From assembly GCA_964106915.2 (NCBI GenBank), contig OZ066922.1: a DNA stretch of 64,000 bases; one strand, written 5' to 3'. Under the pieces are notes generated by a model. That model searched no databases and was not told the origin of the DNA. It worked only from the letters and a program-made list of their open reading frames with translations. The first letter of the stretch is position 1; each line of letters starts with the position of its first letter. This DNA is from Podarcis gaigeae. Taxonomy: Eukaryota. This document shows positions 56,201-64,000 of this stretch, one piece after another. A program made the translations under genes and the position numbers.

Positions 56201-58760
56201 AGCAAAACTGCTGATTTCAATGAAGTCAGACTCAGATTATTGCTTATTAACACACTTTTAAAAATAGTTTTTAAGCAAATCTCTTAAGAATCACATTACT
56301 ATGTATGAATTACAAGATAAACTAAATGCATTTTATGAAGACTAATTTGAATGAATTACTAATTCTCAGTGTCTATTTGAACAAAACACATTTTCAATGA
56401 CCTCAAAGATAAAAGTTCCAAACAAGGTATCTTTAGAACAATAATAGGCTTACACTGCATCCTTTTGTGTATTAATCTTCTTTTGTTCTATGATGAGTGC
56501 CACACATTTTTCCACGTCATCTTTAGAAGAATACACAGCCCTTTGTAAAGCCTGATAAATACAAGTAAAACATCAATCTTCTGACACAAAATATCATCTG
56601 TTTTAATAGCAGTTACTTACATTTCAGGAGAAGATTACTATGAGCAGGGACTCCACAACCTGTTCTGGATGGAGTCATACTCCCTCAAAAGGATCAAGTT
56701 CACAGTTTGGGAGTGTGGGAATAAGCTGGCTGGTGGGGCTTGTGAAGTTCAGTGCACAGCGCTTTAAAGACACCACCGAACAGCTGACTGCAATGTCTGC
56801 AAACTTCTTCTGACTCTGCCACATCTTTACCCTGCCTCACACCTTACATGTTAGGCATAGGACAGGTGGGTGTAGTTTGGCCATAGGGGTCTGGGCCAGA
56901 TGGGAAGGCCAAGCACATTTAATTAGACCTAAGGACCAGAGGTTTCTCAGCACTGGTATATGAATACACAGTTTCATTAACAGCAAGCCAAAAACTGTAC
57001 CACAGCAGTGTTGTTATAACTGCAGATAATGTAAACTAAGCAGGCTCATAAATCAGACTTGATCTAGTTTGCATCCAATCTAGTTCTTGACTAGCCTTGG
57101 TTGGCATATCATTTCTACAGCAATGATAAAGCCAATCTTGTGCACATTTACTCAGAAGAAGCCCAAATTATAATATTGGCCCTCTTTTTTTAGAAAAATG
57201 ATGAGGATCCAAAGATCAGTTCTGTTTGCTTTAGAGCTGTGTTTCTTACATAGTGCCTTTCATGAATGTAACTATGGAGGTTTTCTAATCAAAGGTGGGG
57301 AGGGAATTGGGCTTGACTTTACATGCTGGGCATAATATAAAGTTAACCTACCTTACACTTTGATGATTCCAATGAATGTTCTGCATTAAGATAAAACATG
57401 CATGTTTTAAAAGAAATTCATAGACCCTAGATTCTGATTTCTAAAATTACACAAGACAATTGAATAAGCATGATTGTAACCGTGGTTTAATACCTCTAAT
57501 TTATTTATTTCATGTATTAATTGCTTCCCATAAGTGATTTAACAATAAAAACAACTATATATAAAATTTCTAATCTAAGAGAGTTAAAAACTAGAATAAA
57601 AATATCAGTGTAAAAGGCTTGTTGGTGTTGGTTTTCAACAGACACCAAAAATACAGTAAAGACAGTGCCTGTCTGGTATGGAGCAGAAGGGAGTTCAAAT
57701 TGGAAGGCGCCACCACAATAAAGGTCCAATTCCTACATTGTAAGGAAAAGACCTCCCAGTGTACTGTTGAAGCATGCTAACCACACATGTAATCATACTT
57801 CAACAGCTAGCATGCAATTGCAGATGACTCCACAAGCACTATTACAGTAAAATGAATAGGAGTTCAGGAGGATTACAAGGGCAGGGAAACAAAAATGTCA
57901 CACACATAAGGTGAAAGCATCCCTATCCCCTCTCTGATTTGAACATCTCTATGCAAATAAGGCATGAAATGCAGCAGGGGAAAATGGCATGGCTGTGTTT
58001 CAAGTCACAAGTGTAAACACACCCTTAGCCTTTTGCAGCAAAAAAAAAAAAAAAAAGGAGATCCATGTGGAGTTACTAATCTCCAAGAGAGATGCAGGAA
58101 AGACAACAATGCCTAGAAGAACCAGGAGGCTATAAATGCAGGCGCCAGGATTTCAAGAGGCAGCAGACCAAGGGAATGAATCAGATTAGAAAATTAAGTT
58201 TGAGAATGAAAGGTCCAAAGGAATGAAAAGAAAAGACCTGAAGAAAGAAACGGGATGAGAATGGCTGGAGCAACTGAAAAGGCAAGGAACCAGTATTTTA
58301 ATTTGAAATAACTATTTGTCTATAGGACTTTATTTTACAGCTACTGTACCAGCTTACATACTGAACAGGGAACACACTGCAAAAGACAAAACCACAATAC
58401 ACTACATTGTATATATTGTCAGCTGTCTCCTCTGTTGAATCAATAGCCTTATCTACATGAATTTTAGCCACCCAAAATTAAGGACATAGAAGGAAGGTAA
58501 ATATTTATGGAAGGTGGAAAACCTGAAATTCTCTCTTGTTCTGTGGTTGTCAAACTAACTTTGGAAATTGAACATAACAATTTATGTATAAGCTTGTATA
58601 TTTCAAATATATTACCTATCCGTAGTGTCCTTTCTGCTCTTTTCATTGAGCCATCACAGATACGCTGCAGTTCACATTTTCCAGTCAACTGTCTCAAGAT
58701 CCATTTTAGCCAAAATCGAAAGATATTTCTATACAAATAGCTCCATAAGTGTGCAATCAT
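50095..58760 (-). CDS. ELMOD2: ELMO domain-containing protein 2 (ARL2/ARF-family GAP), complete spliced CDS, 8 coding exons, 891 nt, 296 aa
   Basis: Exons of 145+29+98+130+134+69+134+152 nt join in frame; MIAHLWSYLYRNIFRFWLKWILRQLTGKCELQRI...; GAP motif WCDIGFQGDDPKTDFRGMG with the catalytic Arg; ...EFDKFWFEEKPESIMYFNQYREKF. Confidence 0.96.
51333..51466 (-). CDS. ELMOD2: ELMOD2 coding exon 7 (134 nt)
   Basis: ttgcag|ATATTCT...TATT|gtgagt; YSYAIVGINLTEMAYNLLKNGHLRTHFYNLVPGEPQMKDFHQFY. Confidence 0.96.
51497..52107. mobile_element. Tc1/mariner-pogo (Tigger-like) non-autonomous element with internal hairpins
   Basis: TA|CAGTGGTGCCTCGCAAGACGAA ... TTCGTCTTGCGGGGCACTACTG|CA; CpG-rich; repeated cgtcttgcg subterminal motifs. 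Confidence 0.88.
53568..53636 (-). CDS. ELMOD2: ELMOD2 coding exon 6 (69 nt)
   Basis: tttcag|ATATTTT...CTGGG|gtaagc; YFSKHYPREARQILSHSNNPKL. Confidence 0.94.
53934..54067 (-). CDS. ELMOD2: ELMOD2 coding exon 5 (134 nt; GAP motif)
   Basis: atacag|CTTTGG...CTCCT|gtaagt; LWNLLMPHEKLKARITKQWCDIGFQGDDPKTDFRGMGMLGLTNL. Confidence 0.96.
55054..55183 (-). CDS. ELMOD2: ELMOD2 coding exon 4 (130 nt)
   Basis: ttatag|GTTTGCT...ATGGAG|gtaaaa; FASKLQLSLLQISGCKKLYLAVEELRKQPYNSDNNKHEEQLME. Confidence 0.94.
55310..56135 (-). mobile_element. Old L2 LINE reverse-transcriptase fragment
   Basis: ORFs 55598-55819 (GSILSPMLFNIYM...QYAGDTQLY) and 55308-55604 (WMRANKLKLNPDKT); frameshifted. Confidence 0.85.
56454..56551 (-). 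CDS. ELMOD2: ELMOD2 coding exon 3 (98 nt)
   Basis: tatcag|GCTTTACAA...GCAGT|gtaagc; ALQRAVYSSKDDVEKCVALIIEQKKINTQKDA. Confidence 0.92.
57352..57380 (-). CDS. ELMOD2: ELMOD2 coding exon 2 (29-nt micro-exon)
   Basis: atgcag|AACATTCATTGGAATCATCAAAGTGTAAG|gtaggt; (E)HSLESSKCK; required to restore phase. Confidence 0.9.
58616..58760 (-). CDS. ELMOD2: ELMOD2 first coding exon (145 coding nt; acceptor 3 nt before ATG)
   Basis: ttatag|AAAATGATTGCA...ATAG|gtaata on - strand; ORF 58464-58760 N-terminal part. Confidence 0.94.
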
Positions 58761-59007
58761 TTTCTATAACACCCCCCCAAAAAAAATCACAAATGGTGAC
58801 TGAGTATAACAAATACTCAAAAATTCTGTACTATGTTAATTTAGAAGGCCCATGCAGCCTAATGGAACATATTCCCACGCAAGTGTGCACAGAATTAAAT
58901 GCAAACCTTAAATTCCAGTACTAGCTGCTTCAAGCCATTAAACTATTGGGGCACTTCACCCAAAACTAAATAATGCTGAAATCCTAAATTCAATTATTTG
59001 GGAGTAA

Positions 59008-59078
59008 GACAGGAGTGCCTGGCGTGCTCTGGTCCATGGGGTCACAAAGAGTCGGACACGACTAAATGACAACAACAA
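59008..59078 (+). mobile_element. BovB/RTE LINE 3' terminal fragment
   Basis: gacaggagtgcctggcgtgctctggtccatggggtcacaaagagtcggacacgact + (CAA)n tail matches the BovB 3' end as I recall it. Confidence 0.8.
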
Positions 59079-59929
59079 AAATCTAATTGAATTCAGTGGA
59101 GTTTACTTCTGACTAGAGATATACAGAGCCTGCAGTGTACTTAAGAATTTGAAACCAACAAAATTAGGGTTGCATTTGTATCACAGTTACTTGGGAGCAT
59201 GCCCCATTGATGTCTCAATACAATGCCTCAAACTGGGTTTTGCTTGCTTTTTAAAAACTGCTCCTGCTCTCATTTTCTTGCAGACTAGAGACATGAAGGC
59301 GGGGGGGGGGGGGCATTTAGGGAGAGGGATAGTTTTCCCCTTTTTCCGTCCCCCCCGTTTTGTCTTCACATCTGTATTGCAGACAAAGTCCTTATTCTCC
59401 CAGGCTTTCTAAGTTTTGAGTTTTAGTTGCTGGGCTTACTGTCCATTCAGCACTTGGTTTGATTTCATGCTGTGCTTACTGTCCAGTCAAACTTACTTGG
59501 TTTGACTTCATGCTGATTTTACAGTCATTTACCATTCCAGAAAACATCTGGTTAAACTCTTAACCATTAAAGGATAAACATATAAACACAAAATATAAAC
59601 ATTTAAGAACATCCTAATCCCTTCACCTCCGCTAGCAGCAAAGGTATCAGTAACAGAACGGTAGTTTTAAAAGGCAATTTTATTGCACGGGAGTTACTCT
59701 CATGATTGTGAGCTCACTGCTGTCTTGCTGCTTCTTCCCGAGCTCATAAAAAAAAGGAATACTCAAGCGCCAGCTTTTACTGGCTTGATTCTGGCCAGCA
59801 TCTTCTCTAGGGTATCTCCACAGGACCTAAACATTTGCAAATATGTTTGTACTGTAAAACCTGCAGGGATTCATTCATATACATATATATATATAAAAAA
59901 AAAAAAGATCCCGTCTTAGTGTACGCAGT

Positions 59930-61600
59930 CACAAACAAGTCCTCCCGCCTACCGGCTCCCTATTGAACCTGATCCCGGAAGCGAATATCGGGCCAGAGAA
60001 GAGCAGCTGGTTTGAAAGGGGACGAGCCTATAGGCGGCATTGTCCCCGCCGCCCCCATTTTCCGGGGTCCTCTCGCCGTCCCCTCCCCTGCACGCTCCAC
60101 CAGACGCTCCACCTCCGCCCCCACCTCCCCGCCCTTAAACGGTACCAAACTCTGGTCACACCATCCCAAGCGAGAGCGCAGCAGGCCGGGCAGCGGCCTC
60201 ACTTCACCTTCACGCCAGCAGCTCCCTCCCACGGCCCACCATAAAAGGAAGTTGCCTCCCCCACAGACCCGGAAGTGAGTGATGTGGCCCGAGATGGGGG
60301 AGGGGTTGGGTTGGCTGTTTATAAGCGTCCTGTCAGAGAAACACGTCCCTTAACAAACCATTCCCAACTCCTTTCCCCACCTCCTTAGAAATGACATGAG
60401 CGTCCGTGTCCGCGGGGGCTTCCATGGTGCCCACCAGGCGAACGCAGACCGGCCCGTGAGGGCCGAAAAGGGCGGAGCGGGGGGATGGGCGGGTCTTCCG
60501 TTATGTCCGTTTAACGACGCCGAACGGGTGGGCGGGTCTGCCCACAGCAGCAGGCCGGGCGTCGAAGGCGTGCTGGCGGTCGCCGCTGTTACCGGGGCAA
60601 CAGACGCTGGCGACGGCCAAAGAGGGCGGGGCGTCGCTGCCTTGTCTCCTGCGTGCCTAGGCGCCGCTCTGACAGTTGGGAGGCGGACGCTGTTTGGGCG
60701 CCTAGCTGTCAACTTTTCCCTTTTCTTGCGAGGAATCCTATTCGGAATAAGGGAATTTCCCTTTAAAAAAGGAAACAGTTGACAGTTATGGTTGGGCGGC
60801 GGCTGGTTTCTAAGCCTTAAAAAGGGTTTCGGAGAGCGGGCGGGCGGGCGGCGCAGTCCCTTGCCGACCCTTCCTCAGGCATCCTATAAAGCGTGAGGGC
60901 TCCTGAGGGAAGGCTGGGACAGGGAAGGAAGCGGCTTGCTTTCTTCTGAGTAGAAACCGCTTGGGGGGAGGGGTTTCTTTTGGCAATAAAGAAGTATAAA
61001 AATGGTGCCAAATGAAAATTGGGCCGTGGGGTCCTGAAGATTTTATTTTTATTTTTTTGAAAGCGGTGGGGTTAATGTGAAACGAGGAGAAGAATTGAAG
61101 AGACACAATGGTCGCTGCGCGTGCCCCGAAAGGAGCCAGAAAAGACTCACGTACACACTTGCCGGTCCTCAATTAATAATAAATAATTTTACTAGGACAT
61201 ATATATAATTTAATTAGTGCCAGTAAACGAGCACGGAAATGAGACACATTGGCCGGTTCTCGTGAATAATATATTATCCCATAATAACCATCAATTAAGT
61301 TGGGTTCGAAATAGGGGGAAACGAGGCCGCCGGCTGGAGCTCGCGGGCGCAGAGGAGAAGCGGAGGCGTCTCCTGCTGGCTTTGCGTCTTGTGGCCACTA
61401 GGTAGCTCCGTCGCGGCTTCTCTTCGTTCAGGTGTTCGCAAGGTTTGTACAGGCCGAAGGGAGAGAAGGAAAAAGGAGATGGTGCAGGTTAGGTCTCGGG
61501 CGCCAGGCACCGCTTCCGGCGACACGTCCTACTTGGTTTATGTTCCGTGTTATTTCAACTGATTTACGCGCCGCCCAATCGGAATCCCAGGACTTTCCAC
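59930..61600. promoter_or_regulatory. CpG island / ELMOD2 promoter region with non-coding first exon(s); possibly bidirectional
   Basis: Abrupt GC- and CpG-rich stretch about 1.2 kb upstream of the ELMOD2 ATG; ETS/GABPA motif CCGGAAGTG 60269-60277, GC boxes (GGGCGG), CCAAT near 61575; candidate - strand donors at 59953|59952 (CCG|gtaggc) and in 60199-60208. Confidence 0.8.
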
Positions 61601-63464
61601 AACAAAATATCCATAGCTGTCTGTCTGTTCAAAACTAGCTCAACGACTGCAGATGGGTCTCGGGCAGAGGTCTTTCCCCATCACCTGCTATAATATCCTC
61701 TCTCTTTTTTAATAAGCTGAAAATGCCGGGGAGTGCAGCTGGACCATTTCCATGTAAGGTACCTGTCTTGCTGTGCCAACAGCACTGTTCTTCGGCCTGA
61801 AATACAGTTATACAGTAGTCCCTTTCTAAAATAAAAAACAAGATGATGAAATAACATCAACCCATGCACTGCTCTGTCTTGTATAAAACATTTGTCACTG
61901 TAGATGCTTGGTGGCTGCTGTAATAGATTTCAGCTCTATTGCTTGAAAGCAAAGCCCTCTAACTTCCAAGTTGGATTGTAATCCTTTGTACTATTATTTC
62001 TGAGTGCATAGGATACAGCAGCACATTTTAGGATGTCTTTATAAAGGTTTGTGGTTTTCCCCCCTGACATTTGTGTAAAGAGAGATGTTGCAGTTCACAT
62101 AGGTGAGCATCCTGATTCAGATACAGTCTTATTGATAACCATGTGTTTTCAAGTGAACTATTGCTGGTTAATAGCTGAATTTGTATTCTAATACAGCTTA
62201 GCTTACTTCAGTTGGAGACTATCACTTGTAATACATACTTACACCACATATTTTCCTATATACATAAAAATGGAAGGCTATAATCATGTAGCCCCCATTG
62301 GAGGATTGTAGTGCTGCATCACAATCCTGGATTTGCATGAAGTCAGGGCAAGATAGAAGAGCAAAAGTGAAGGCAGGTTTGCATAACAGCAGCAGCCATG
62401 GTATGGGAATGAGGAAGGAGCGGCACTGATGCAAAAAGTGGTAGTTTAAAATAGCAGTTGGTGTCTGAGTAAGGCAGAAATGAGATAACTGAGAGGGAAA
62501 TTGTGGTTTTAAACTATGGTGGAGGTTTGAGCAAAGTACCTTCACACAATGGAGTCCTTGCACTGGCAATAATGCTTCACCATACAGTATGTCCCATTTC
62601 AACAGCCTGCTTGCTATTGATCACTAACAACTACCAAACCAGTCATGATCCCTCTTTCCTATACTAACCCCTATTAAAGGAGAAACCATACAGAAAGAGC
62701 ATTAACTCCTTGTGTGCACTATGCTACACTGGAAGTTGGACCATGCTGAATAGAGGCATTATTTCCTGTCTCCCCTCCATCTCCACTTTTCACAAACTGT
62801 TTGTTTTCTTTTCCACATTTTTCTCAAAACTGTGATTCCCACCCCATCCCACCCCACCAAAGCTCGCATCTGCATTTTCTGCATTCTCCCCCAATTAATT
62901 GTTTTCCCACAGGATCTTTAAAACTCCCTTACCCTTGCAGCACAGCAGTGAGTCAAAGCTGGAAAGCACTTCCTGTACATAATTTCAGGGGTAAGAAAAG
63001 AGACTGTTGCCAGGCAAAGTTGAAAGCGTTAGCATGATCAGTCAAGCCTTGAGAAGGGTTTGAATTTTGGATAATAAACCATGGCTTAGTGTTATGTGTG
63101 AACCAGGCCAGTGGAAACATGCATCCAAAAATACATGCATAGGATTGTATTATTGACTTAGTTTTGGCTGGTAAGCCAGCTGTGAGTTTATAGAAGTTAT
63201 TTTGGTCATTATCCATACGCTGATAATATCTAGGTAAGATTACTGAAATATGCTTTCTATACATTTGCCTCTAAAGAGTGTCCAGATATTTTAGTTGGCT
63301 CATATAGATGCAAAGTTGTTAAATGAGGAATCTATCCAACAACCATAATAAGGTGAATAGGAAGCTGAATGGCAAAGAACAGAGGGAGGACAACCCCATT
63401 TTATCTCCAGGAAGTCAGGAGGGGGAGAATCATAGGTGGAGAAGCATTCAGCAATCAAAAGGCA

Positions 63465-63587
63465 TAATAATAATAACAATAATATTTATACCCGGCCTAT
63501 CTGGCTGGGTTTCCCCAGCCACTTGGGGTGACTTTCAACAAAATATTAAAATACAGTAGTCTGTCAAACATTAAAAGCTTCCCTAAA
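63465..63587 (-). mobile_element. L2 LINE 3' tail fragment
   Basis: (AAT)n then tatacccggcctatctggctgggtttccccagccac...aaacattaaaagcttccctaaa. Confidence 0.8.
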
Positions 63588-64000
63588 TATAACAAAGTTT
63601 GGAGCAAACATCACATAGGCACTGGAATCAAGTGAGAGAATGTTTTCTCATCCATTCTTATTAGGCAGAACCTGATGGATACTTTAGATGTTTCCAGTCT
63701 GCAATCTTACTTATTTCTGGAACTCCTTCCCTTTGGAAGCATAAATGGTGACAACATTAATGGCTTTTTCTTGGCTGGTGAAAACCCATTTGTTCTCACA
63801 AACCCTTTGGAGACTATCTTTCCCCCCTCTCTCTTGGCTGTTTGGTACTGCTTATAAACGGAATTGCTTTGAATTATGTGTGTTTTAATTGTATATTATT
63901 ATATTTATGTCATTATTATTTGCTGTAGAAACTTAAACAAAGATGTTCAGCACACTAAATGATGAGACAGATTGCCTAATGTTGGGCACATTGAGTTGGG

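Noticed and set aside
11261-58760. Minor-spliceosome (U12) or non-canonical introns
   Set aside because: All 26 introns between the coding exons read are GT-AG and none has the GTATCCTT U12 donor.
59960-61172. ORFs of 88-128 aa on both strands in the CpG island
   Set aside because: Expected from stop-codon scarcity in GC-rich DNA; low-complexity Pro/Arg/Gly/Ala peptides with no recognisable family.
63929-64000. Possible exon with ATG (MFSTLNDETDCLMLGTLSW) at the window edge
   Set aside because: Too short, truncated by the window, and not recognisable as MGAT4D or another protein.

Overview
Vertebrate (squamate, most likely lacertid lizard, judged from Sauria-SINE, Squam3-like, L2, BovB and hAT repeat content) genomic DNA. 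The + strand carries TBC1D9 exons 2-21 (11261-43597; 3647 coding nt in window, exon 1 lies upstream of the window). The - strand carries the complete ELMOD2 coding region (8 coding exons, 58760-50095, 296 aa) with a CpG-island promoter at about 59930-61600. All introns are GT-AG and all exon phases close into continuous reading frames. The two genes lie tail to tail and UCP1, which sits between them in mammals, amphibians and fish, is not detectable; candidate poly(A) sites suggest only about 350 nt of true intergenic DNA remains. Introns hold many transposon copies. The most notable sequence-level observations are: a minimal hammerhead-ribozyme motif in a Penelope-like remnant in TBC1D9 intron 1 (sense strand); a doubly truncated CR1 RT fragment joined to an exact 54-nt copy of nearby DNA; a recursive-splice-like AG|GTAAGA at TBC1D9 exon 20; a SINE nested in a MITE with a target-site deletion; and several perfect hairpins. 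I see no evidence of a wholly new gene system; the novelty here is at the level of RNA motifs and insertion mechanisms, and no database search was run.
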